From Balanoglossus misakiensis (lineage: Eukaryota; Animalia; Hemichordata), in NCBI GenBank assembly GCA_040954595.2, contig CM082591.2, positions 458,518 through 522,517 on the forward strand: a DNA stretch of 64,000 nucleotides. The letters are read 5' to 3'. Both the position numbers and the translations under genes were made by a program. The notes below the pieces were generated by a model. That model did no database searches. It saw only the letters and a list, made by a program, of their open reading frames with translations, and was not told the DNA's origin. This document shows positions 38,401 through 49,500 of the stretch, in pieces. Numbering within the stretch: the first letter of the stretch is position 1; each line of letters starts with the position of its first letter.

Positions 38401-38593
38401 TGATGACGATAATTTGTTTGTGTGTGATGCGGGGAATTCTAGGATTGTGAAATGGAGATTTGATGGAGGGTGGATCTGTCACTTATTTGAAGGTGAGGTG
38501 AGTGTCCCTCAGTTCCTTGCAGTCAGCGGTGACAGAATTGCTGTTAAAGAGCAGTACAGCAACCAAATCAAAGTATTCTACAAGCAGACATAA
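30755..38593 (+). CDS. Multidomain protein: GT4/GT-B glycosyltransferase-like module + TRADD-N-like domain + coiled coil + 18-aa repeats + NHL beta-propeller; ~1488 aa, 8 coding exons
   Basis: Phase-consistent exons: 30755-32435, 32832-33485, 33684-33769, 33989-34067 (weaker aag acceptor), 34254-34514, 35009-35524, 35844-36215, 37776-38593 (4467 nt). Acceptor gatag| at 30748 lies just before the ATG. Joining all exons into one transcript is inferred from splice signals and phase. Confidence 0.78.
32832..33485 (+). CDS. Exon with acidic linker and TRADD-N-like domain
   Basis: VTDMKEGSLQITVNTPVLFNLFKLRATCQSRSLPEAFEPILITDEMREEA...LQLTATYN resembles the TRADD-N pattern GS(L/I)xIxVxxxSLxxLxxLxxxxxSGxLxxxxxxxLxT, recognised by eye. 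Confidence 0.6.
35009..35524 (+). CDS. Coiled-coil exon of the GT4/NHL gene
   Basis: ORF 35011; L/K/E/Q heptad-rich sequence (LKQHLDETLAERSKLRAENMILENQLKEAIQEKSLLEKQY...); catttcag| acceptor and g|gtgag donor. Confidence 0.8.
35858..36150 (+). repeat. Coding minisatellite: 54-bp (18-aa) units alternating A/B, giving a 108-bp higher-order unit; ~5.5 units
   Basis: TTEEKETGDAKTKPTQPE / MRREEETGSGETKHPQPE repeated within exon 35844-36215; near-identical DNA at a 108-bp period. Confidence 0.92.
36330..36422. mobile_element. Tiny TTAA-flanked piggyBac-like MITE
   Basis: ttaaccctttacc...ggtgaaagggttaa inverted termini with TTAA at both ends; related copy at 61707-61782. Confidence 0.65.
37776..38593 (+). 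CDS. NHL-repeat six-bladed beta-propeller (TRIM2/3/71-like NHL), terminal exon
   Basis: ORF 37760-38593; FKQPRGMV...VCDNDNRVVQI, FQPRDVAV...ISDKGNSQI, GGKGRGQTQFHHPFSVVVNS...VSDCNNHCIKCFD, FGVEGSGPGQLLCPFSIDVD...VCDAGNSRI; acceptor aacag| at 37776. Confidence 0.92.
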
Positions 38594-38779
38594 ACATCAC
38601 CATGAAATGCATGTCCACACGACATCAAAAACTGTGAAATTTGGGAGAAAATTTAGAGGCTGCGTCGATAAATTTCCGACTGTTGTTGATTGCATGCCAT
38701 GGCAACAAAGTTCAAACTGAACCTATGTCACTTTCACAATTTTTGGAGTTATTTTCAACATTTTGAAGTAAAATTCAAA

Positions 38780-39083
38780 ACAGAAATTAATTGTAGGTGC
38801 AGTCGCTACATGTACTGAGTGTAGGCAAAATAAACTGAGGGTGTTTTGAGTAATTTTTGCAGTTTATTTTGAGGGATTTTGAGACAAGACTGTTTGAAAC
38901 TGAATGCAATCCGTCAACTTGGAATGTAAACAATCAAAAATTGTTTTTTTTTTTCCACATTTACTAAGACATTTTTGAAAGAAACTTATTTCAGCCTACA
39001 GTCGCTTCATGTAACGAGTATAAACAATCCAAATCTGAGTCGTTTTGGAATATTTTTACTCGGTTTTTTTTATGAATTTTGAC
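38780..39083. repeat. Old diverged duplication (~200-bp period) downstream of the NHL exon
   Basis: cagtcgct(a/t)catgta..gagt(g/a)ta...ctgag...gttttg at ~38800 and ~38999. Confidence 0.45.
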
Positions 39084-39552
39084 ATGGAGGGGTCTGAAAG
39101 TTATGATGTCCATTTCCCATCAGATCTCCATTGCATCCAAAAAGGATGAAGGCGATTCATCAATTTATGTGTGCAAAATAATTCTAATAACTTACCTGTA
39201 CATCGCCAGATATATATTGCGTTGTAATTTATATATATTACCATTCGTTAGTCCGAAATTGTTGTTATTTCAAAAATATATGAACAAGGGATGTGAACGA
39301 CAGTCTTTTTGTTTTAACGCCATTTGTTTTTACGGTGTAGAGGGCGCACTTACAGCTCGATGTATATTGCGATCGATGTAGATTGCAGTGCGGAAAAGTG
39401 ATTTTGCAGTTTTAATGAGATACGTAAAGAATGTCGACTATTTATATTTTGTTTCACCGGATTTCAAAAAGTAAAAATTCACTGTACTGGCTAAAAGACA
39501 ACTACTTTACTGAAGAATAAAGTATTCTTTGTTCAAAGGCATACTTAAATAC

Positions 39553-39570
39553 TGCCGGCAGGGGGCGCTG
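39553..39570 (+). promoter_or_regulatory. CTCF-like motif between the convergent GT4/NHL and EF-hand genes
   Basis: tgccggcagggggcgctg resembles the bilaterian CTCF core CCASYAGRKGGCRS; a second, weaker match ggtgtagagggcgcac at 39334-39349. Confidence 0.4.
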
Positions 39571-40502
39571 TGACAATGTTTGGTATCAGGCCGACTTAGC
39601 GCAGCCAGCGGTGGGATTGGGGCAGGGGACCAGACTAAGGCCGACTGGGCCAACTTTTTCCTCGCTTTGAGTTCAAATTCATGCTGGCTGCATGGAGGCA
39701 CTGGACTCCTGAAAAGGGTGTATTGGTGTGTTACAACAAGTGACAACAAATTCTTTATCAAAGTTTAAATTATTTATTTTAAACACTTTAAAACCAAATT
39801 ACATTTAGTGCAAAGGTTAGGATCAAAGCAGCAAATCAACACGAGCACACTGATACATTTTTCTAAATGTATTACAAATAAATTTAAAATGTTCACAAAT
39901 ATATATAAATTAACACAAACATCTCTGTCTTTATAAACATTGATTATAACAAACTTTATTTTCACAAAAAGATTTCACCCCATATCACTTCTAAAATGGC
40001 TTTAAATGCCTTTGACGATTGTAAATGGTCTGGTCAAGGATGGATTCTATTAAAATATTCAAATATTAAATCAGTTTCTCTCAAACTTATTAGTTTTCTG
40101 ATTAGACAAAGAAAAACATGTGTGGTTCAAACATTAACATTATTATAGGTAGGTTGAAAGACAGCAAGAGATCGCGACAAAAACAGTCCCCTGAAGAATT
40201 TCAAATTTCTTGTTTTTCTCTGATTTTCTTACAAATGTCAAAGTGTTTCATCACAGCAAATGACGTAGACAGACAGACAGTGAGAGTCAATCAGTCAGAC
40301 AGACAGACAGACAAGACATATAGAGAAGCTTCCAGAAGAATCAGTTTAAAAAAAAGTTGTTGTGATTCATTTAAAAGACATGAAAATATCTGCCAACACC
40401 TAAAGATGCTTCTGATTTAAAAAATTTGGCAAAATCTGTGTGGAAATCATTGATTCAACAGTTGGGGGTAGAAAATCTCAAAGTATAAATTCTGGATAAT
40501 TT

Positions 40503-43500
40503 TCATTCACTTGGTGATTGTTTAAGTCGAATGGAAAGTCTCTTTGATTCCATCAGTTGTTTCATCTTCTTGTTGTTTTTCCATGACTTTTTGTGGAATC
40601 TCACTTTGTGTCTGACTGGAGTGTTTGATCCCCATGCACTAGGTGACCTTTCACCTTTGCTACTTGACATGCGACTTTTACCCTTTTCAGGATCAATCAG
40701 GGCCATTGAAAGTCGTTTCATAGCATCAGCTGTCTGTCTTTCTTCAAACGCTGAGACCTTCCTCAACACAGACTTTGGTTGTGATTTCAACGATGATTTC
40801 ACTGACACAGGAGTCCTTGATCCACGTGATTTTGATTTGATTTCGTCTTTGGACGAAACAGTCAGTTTGTCAAACTCGCTGAGATCCATCCCATGAATTT
40901 TCAGTTCATCAATTCCACTCAGCCGTTTACCCAACACGCCAATTTGAGTATGTTGTTGTTGTTGTTGTTCCTCCAGATTTTTCTTTTCTTCTTCAATCCC
41001 AGAATCCTCCTCTTCAGTTGTTTGATGGTTGGCAGAGTTCCTATCTCTCTCCTCCTCTTTGGCAGTTTCCTTTTCCATCAAATAGTCGTACAGTACTGCA
41101 GCGCTGCCGACACGTGCATGTTTATAGCGCCCTCGCTCTACTCTTTTCAGATCCATCTGTCGCAATCGCGAGCTGAGCAGATAAGCACGCAACTTGGAAG
41201 AGTCTGTGGGTCCAACATTGACATCTGAACTAACACTCTCATCCAAGCCATCAAGTTTCAGATGGTGTGTAAACAGTTTGTCCTTCTCACTTGAGGTGTC
41301 ACTCGATCGCTTTGTTTCATTCCGCGCGTCTCTCGGTGTTGACGCTTTCCTCTCCCATCCTCTACGGATCTCTCTAGAGGGTGCTATTCCAAGTGACCGC
41401 GCATTGCACTGCTTTTCATGCGTTCCCATAAACACTCGCGGTTCAGGTTGGCTAAGTCTCTTGATCTGTTCCTCAGTGAGGCCTGGCTTTTTCTTTTTTC
41501 TAACCTGAAAGAGACAATATTCAAATGTAACTCTCAAGGTTTTTTTATTTAACAAGCCGCACAATTTTCTCTTGATAAAATACCACAAAGAATCACTTAA
41601 ATCCTACTACAACCCAAGCGATATGTGACAACGTAAATTGAAACTTATTTGCTGTTTCCATTTCAACTCTTAAAAGACCACTTTATTGTAAGCTGTGTGT
41701 TTGCAATCAAATTTAAAGTGATATAGAAACTGCACCAGGCAGGAAATAATACGCCTGGTTCAATATTAACTTTTAATTTTACGTCAAAGAGGAGGAACAA
41801 GAATCTGTGGGCGATTGAAGTGGCAAATAAAAACTCGAGTTTCAAAATTTACCAATTGTTGAGAATTTGTGTGGATTTTGTAATTAAATCCTCAGGGATA
41901 TCCTGGAATAAATTGAAATAAACACATCTTGAAATTTCCCATCAGGTTTCCTGTCAAAGTTAGTTGCTAGGCAACTGCTCTACGTACTGTACCAAAATAT
42001 TCAATTATGGTGGGTTGGAGCAGAATGCCAGTAGAACGCTGTGGAACTCATTAGAAAATTTCTCATAGGAGTGAGTGTATCTGTGAACTTTACGCACAGA
42101 TTTCAGACAGTGTTACATCAAGAATATATATCAATTTTAACTAAAGCAAATTCTACAATTGTGATATTGTCAGCCGTACCTCTCTGGGTGGCAGTGGTGG
42201 TCTTTGATTGTGAAGTCTTTCTTCTCTGCGTTTTCTGAACGATGGAAGAAGTACATCTACTTCTTCATTCAGTAATTGCTGTGTCTTCTCTTCCTGTGTG
42301 ACAAAAAAATACCAAATGTACATCGAGTGCGTGACAGGACATTCACAGTCAAAATAAAAGAAGCTAACAGCAAGGGAGAGAACATACACATGACATAAAA
42401 TGTAATCGTTACCTTTGGCATACTCCTTCTTGTTATGTCAACAAAATAATGCAAGGAAATTGTGTGAAAGGCTGATGACAATTTTAGGAGACACAAAATG
42501 TTTATGACAGCACGATGAGGAAGATTTATAAAAGATGGTTGAGAACTGGAAAAGTCAGTCTATGAAACCTGTTGATAGTGCAGCGGCAGTTCCTGAAGTT
42601 GCTCTCAAATGTTCTTCTAATTCAGAGGAGAAAGTTCCACTGAATATTCACTCAGGTAAAATAATGTGAGGACACTATGGAATTCCACAATGTGTTACAT
42701 CAAAGTATCCTCAGGTTACGCCTTTCAAACCACACAGCTGTGCGGAATGCATGAAGACAGAACTCCACCTCTAGACAAAGACCACACAGAATACAGCGAG
42801 TCCAACTCCTCTGCGTACAGGTTGAACAACGTCAATCAATTATAATGTTTGTATATATCCTCACACAACAGCGAATGAGAACTCCTGATTCACGATAAAT
42901 TTCCAGTCCCTCTTTGAACCTGATGAATTCAAAGTCTGTTTCTCTCGTCTCGGATCCAAGACGTCACTATGACTGAAGTGGAAAACTAACCTACGTAAGT
43001 ACAAGGTACTTGGCAACGAGGGAGACCACTCATCACAATTCAGTCAACATTAACGTGTTCCAGAGCCAATAACAGCTAGGGGGCACAGACAGCCAAAGGC
43101 CATTTCCATCGCAACAATTACACAGCATACATAACTCTTCAATTAACCAAGGCCCACACAAATACTGAACAAGACATGAATACAGGTACCTCTTTTAACA
43201 AAAACTCTAGGGTATAAAGATTCCACATGTGATCGAATGTAACTATGACAATGGCGATCAGTCAGTCAGTTTTCCCAAATCAACAGGATGTGGTTTGTCT
43301 GGCATGAAGATTTCCACAATTAGGACAAATTTTCATCCTCAAAAATATTATAATAAACTATAAAATGCATGAGGAAACTTACCAGAGAATATGCACTATG
43401 TATAACAATAATGCAGTAGTCTCAAAATGACTCTACTTGAATCACAAACATAGACACACACATGTATCAGAGAGAAATGACCGAGCAATGAACAACCCTT

Positions 43501-46500
43501 GGACCATGAGAATAACACACCTGTTTGGCTAGACATAATACCAGTCCATTCAAGGGAAATGGATTAACCAGGTCGCTGAGAAGATTAATTGCAGATTCCC
43601 TGGTTCCTCTTCACAATCATCAATGATGTCCATTTATTTGAGCGTACTTGTCATGAATAATTAATTCAACTAATAAGATGTCTCTGACCCATCAATTGTT
43701 GGGAAGGAGGGAAGGGGAGGGGGAATCAATATTTTTCTGGACTATTGAATACTCCACTCTCCTGATTGTCCAAGACAGTTTGTATGTGTGCTACATTGGA
43801 AACTGGCAAGGTGACAAGTAACATATAAATAAAGCACTTTAAGACTTCTTACCAGCGTTTCAATTTCATACTGTAAGCTATCGATCAAATTCTGTCTTGC
43901 TGTTCTCTCGGTGACTAAGATACACTGAGGAGTTTGAGGTCTCTGGTACGGCACTGTTTTCATCCACGGTCGATGCACGACAGATTGTGACTCTGTCTCG
44001 CTGTACGTATCCTCCGATCTGAAAGGAAGTGTTCCAAATTGCATGCTGGGAGGAAACGGTTTGAAGAACTTTGAATTTGGTGACATGATCCGAACAGCAA
44101 TTGGTGGTTCACTTGGTTCAACATACAGACTGGATGGAGCTGACTGGATTCCTAGAGAGAGAGAGAGAGAGAAAAGATTTATACAATAACTATGGTTCTT
44201 GTACGAGAGAAAGATCTGAAACAAGTGATTTTTTCATCTGATGAATAGTTGATATGCTTACCATGTCTGCCTTTATTTTTGGTGAAGTTTAGCAATCGTT
44301 TCAATTTTTCCTCACTGTCCATTGGAAAGCAACCATCACCCTGAATAAATTGAGGAGAAATAAATAAATTGGTTTTAAAAAATACAAATGATATAACATA
44401 GATTCCTGTGATTTCTTGTTAATTTTTATAATAATTTCACCAACACCACCACCATCACCATCACCTGATGACTTCATAACCTTGATACTTAGTTATTTAC
44501 CAGTGTTACAGATTATAAATATTTATGATTAAAGTATCTTGGGTCAATAAATGCAAGTGCAAGTGTGAGATTTATTTCAAGGAAAGATTCACCAGCGGCC
44601 CACTGAAAGAAAATGTTAACATTCTAACTTCGAGCCCTCTACAGGTCATATGTAATATTCTTCTGTTGTATTTAAACCTGTCTCCACACTACAACTACAT
44701 GGTTTGGGTCTGACGTATGACATGATCTCTTTTCAAAAGATCTGTGCAAACACTGAGAAGACACTACATGTAATACAAGAAACTGGTGACATGCACTGGG
44801 GGAAAATAAAAAAGGAACAAGATGACAGTTCAATGAAAAAGCAACCACGTCTCAAACCAGCAAAGGAATCAAACACAATCCCCAAACATTCAGAATATTA
44901 ACTTTTGTATCTAAGAATCCTATAACTCATAGAGTTTTCACTACATTTCATTTTGACATCTCAGTCACAGGTACCTCAGCATACTTGGAGTTGATAGGCG
45001 AAAAGAGTTGAACATAAAAGTGTACAAACTAACATACACAAAACAAACACACACAAACAAATCAGAGGTTGATTAAAACCACAAAAGTTCACACTCAGAA
45101 TGACACCTAGACTCCACACACACAAAAGTCATTGTCAATTACGAGACCCAGAAGCTTTCCAGTATTTTTCCACGAGTGTTTGAGGTTTGAATCACTAACA
45201 AAAAATAGTTTCTGCTCATTCAACACATAAGCACACAGAACAGTACAATCTGAGATATTAGCAAAACTTAAACGTATCAAAACTTCATTTTTACAAAAGC
45301 CAAATGACATGCACATTCAACAACAAATAACAATGGACGAATTATACAAAGATTACGAACGAACAAACCTCTGAGTCAGAGGTATGAAGAGGAGTGGATT
45401 CTGAAGTTGCCGCGGTAACGCGGACAGGTGCAGAGGCAGGACGTGGTTTCCTTGTTGTTTCAGTTTCCTCCTTGCGCTTGTAGGCATCCGGTCGATACTG
45501 TATCTATGTTGGAGAGACGAACAACACACAGACAAACATGCACATTCTGGTACAATAGATAACTGTGGGTGCAGATAGACTTTGGTGCAGACATACAATC
45601 AACATCAAATATTCAATGTCCATTTAGAAGTTCAATGCTAAATCATGTTTAAATTAACTACGTCCTATGAAAAGTCTGTACAGAATGCTGGCATCTTTTA
45701 ACAGGTTCCCAAAATAACCATACTGCTGTATTCAAGTCCTAATTCATTGAAGCTCATCTGACTTGCACTGATGTACTGAATATCGATGAAGGACAACGTT
45801 AACACTAACTTCTAATTTTTATTTTTCCTCTTCTTTGTTGGAAGACAAGTTAGTACCAAACATCAAACCGCAAACAATTATTTTAACTTCTAACCTTATG
45901 CCTGGCATATTTCCCTTAGAAGCTTAAACACACTTTGGTATTAACAGTGTTCGAAATTCATAGGAAAGCTCAACCAGTCACCAGGACTGGCAACTTCAAA
46001 AAGTTGCCAGTCCTTCCAAAAACTTACCAGTCCTGATATTATGCCTTACAATTAAATGTAATCAAATACAACTGAGAAGCTATCACCTTATCTGTGAACA
46101 ATTGAAGATGGGGTGGAATCATCTTTCTCTTTACATTACTTTGATTTGATAATTTTCAAGCTTTTACATCATTGTTTCTTTTATTTGCAATACATGAACT
46201 GGGGAAAGTCTATAAGATGCCATGATACCTCTGGTCAACTCCCATGCTAAATTCAACTGTCTGTCGGACTGGTAACATTTTATTTTCACCAGTCCTACAG
46301 AAAAACAACCAGTCTCGGACTGTCGGACAGGCTTTATTTCGTACACTGGTATTAAAATGTCAAAAACAAAATCCATGCTTTTCAAGAGACTGCTGAGTTG
46401 CTTTGGTTACCACCCTACCTGGTCAACTGTGCTCGGTCGCTGTTTGAGGTTCGTAAATAACGACGTGCGTAATCTCTCGAACGCTGGCGCTGAAATTGGT

Positions 46501-49500
46501 CGTGTGTGTGTGGCACCTGCTTTGGATTTTTTCACCTGTTGGGACGAGTCGTCGATGAATCCTTGAAGCTGTTTGTATCTTTTACTGTGAAAACGTAGCT
46601 GTGTGAAAAGCAGACAGGCTAATTAAGATTGCAATCAATTGTATAAAGGCGCACCACAATATGACAACACTGACCTTCACACAAACTGAGCTCTTGTTGC
46701 TTCTGCTCTGAAGTATTGATTTATTTTTTGATAAGTCAGGGTCATTGAACATTCCCCTGTTGTTCACTGGTCCATATTTTCCTCAAAAGCAAGACCTCAA
46801 AAGTCCACATAGTCCTGTAAATTTTAGTGGAGACAATACCTATACAGCAAAAAGAATATACCAACACAAGCTAAAGATTATCAAAAACATTGTACATAAA
46901 AAAACAAATCCAGCCAGTATTCCCTTTCTCAAATGTTCACAACCTGACAAAAACATTTACACAGCAAAACATTGAAACATAAGGAATTCATAAAGAAAGA
47001 TCAAATCGTGATGTCTTTACCAGATTTCAACTTGCCAAAAGAAGTGTTCTGATTAGCGATCCAGGCGAAGAATGGCAAATTGGTCGAACATATTTTCCCA
47101 TAAAAGAAGTAGCCCTCTTTAATGATCTCACACTGTGACTAAATTAATCAGTTGAATCAGAACTCACAGCCGCAACCAAAGACCACTTGTTGCGTCGGCA
47201 AACACGCTCCAAGTATCAGCAAACAAACAGTGTATTATTGAGGTTGGAAACGAGAGTATGCAGAGATACAATGTATAATGAACTAGTACAAGGTTCCTTT
47301 TTGTGTGTGTGTGTGACTATTGTATTTGGTTGATTCTCTGTTGCCAGTACAAATGACAACTGACAAACAAGGCAGACATTTGGTGTACAGCAACTGTGTG
47401 TGTACATAGTAAACGCAGCGCTGTACTGGAAAAAAAAACTTGTTGTAGAATAAACTGCCACAAAGAGATTCTGTTCAGAAAAAAACATTGAAGAATAAAT
47501 GGACAGTACTGTAGAAATAATTTTTAGCTATTTTTTATTACGTTCCTTTTGTGTATCAAAAACATATTCGTTTTCTACTCGATACACAATGCTAAACTGC
47601 CCAAATATTTTGCTTATCAACATGATGACCTGCATATATGCAGTTGAGTTTTCAAAATAGATACATTTTGACAAGCTACTGGGCATTTACAAACACACAC
47701 ACACAAACACAAACAGACATACTCACTTGTTCTTTTCTCGCTTCAGTATTAAGACTGTGTTCTTTGGGGATTTTCCTGTCTCCGAGTTTCACCTCACCAT
47801 AGTTGAGTTCCGTGTCCATGAACACCTGATCAAGGTGACCTTGTACCTTCTCTTCACCCGTCACAAACAACGGGTCAAAGTCATCCATCTGAAAGACGAC
47901 AGTCAGTCAGTCAAGTTCAGAACATTAACACGAACAAATTCTGATTGAAGCTCTGCAGGTAGATGCTGCCTGACTAAGGGTCCAATCGTCACAACCCTTG
48001 AGGGTGCTAATTCCTAGTTCAGATGTCAATGTGAAGATTTATTGTCTAGAAAAAGGTTAGGATTAATAAAGACAATCTGACAATTCAAGAAAAGTTACTT
48101 TGAATAAGCTTCTCCAGTTCTTGTCAATGGCTCCTTCTCGTTGTTCTTCAATAAACACGTCTTTGGAATAATCACACCTGTGATGGAAAGACAACAAAAA
48201 ATTCCAGTTGGAATAAACATAGTTTGGAATCTATGTATAAAACACTGAACTGTTTCAGTTGCCTTCCACTGAAAATTTTTATTTATTGTTTCCTAAGCCA
48301 CCATACATTCATGTTGCATTTGGTGGATTTTTTGACAGAATTTATTGGACCTAATATTCATTTCATCAGTTGAGTTGTCAACTGTAGCAATATATTAAAG
48401 GTGGCCACATTTACAAGGATTAAAAGTTTTTGGCGAACAGCTCCCCCATAGTTTATACTTCATGATTTCTTTTGTTTTCAGGCAATTACTCACAGAACAA
48501 GGAGATCCATGAATTCATACAGTTGGATTCGTCCCTTTTCATCAAAATGATCTTTCATGTGTTTGACTCGATGCATCAGTTTCATGGGAGCTACAACTCT
48601 TCCACTCATCTGTGAATGAAGAAAAAAGAAAAGTAAAACATCAATGAAAACTTGGATGCAATTGGAATACACCCATGACTCTCAGGAAACTTGTTTACAC
48701 TGAAAATCTTTCCTGACTCACTTTTAGAGTTCGTAGCAGTGTCTGTTTATCGATGAGCATTCCTTTCATATCACCTGCTTCATAGGCTTGATAGGCAATC
48801 CGTACATCATTCAGTTCTGTGAAACTGAAAACAGAGAGAAAAACAAAAGAAATTGAAATCATTAAAGAGATACAATCTCCTGCCCTTATATGGTTAACTG
48901 ACCAAAACCTGAGCTGAAAATAAACACATGTTGTCTTACCTTAAGAACCTGTGCTCTAACAACTTAAGTGATTTCTTCAAAACATTGACATTGTAATCGG
49001 CAGTGTGCATGTTGAAGGTACGATCCAAAGCTTCGTTGAAATACTTTCTGTCTATCAGTCGGAAGATCTCCTATCAGATGAAAACAGAACATGTCTTTAA
49101 GACAATTCATTTTAAGTGCTAGTGGCGTTTAATATATAGCAGAGAGCAACTTAGCTCAGAAAAAGACAAACGTGATGTGAATATTTGTCTCAATCAACTG
49201 AGAAGTGTTTTAGCAGGTGGCCACTGATCTGGTCAAATTCAAAAGATCTCCAGGGTATGTGTCTTGAACTGCTTCATTGTTCAAACTTTTTTTTTCAACT
49301 CAGCAGAACAAAAGAGAAATTCATTGACAATTACACTCTTTGTCTCACTCCATTACAGCTTTTGGCAAAGTTTCAGCAGCATTGTCTACAAATGAAGACC
49401 TTCCAACAAAACAGGACTATTTTGCAAAACACTGATGGCTGCCAGTGGTAAGAGTCAAAAAGTGAGAGGAGTAGAAGATTCTTTTTCAAACTCACCCTGA

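Noticed and set aside
40531-41508. Plus-strand ORFs of 104-121 aa
   Set aside because: Antisense shadows of the large terminal exon of the minus-strand EF-hand gene
47021-47132. Open minus-strand segment with AG/GT ends inside the EF-hand gene
   Set aside because: Phase 0 to 1 does not fit the neighbouring phase-0 junction 47727>46598
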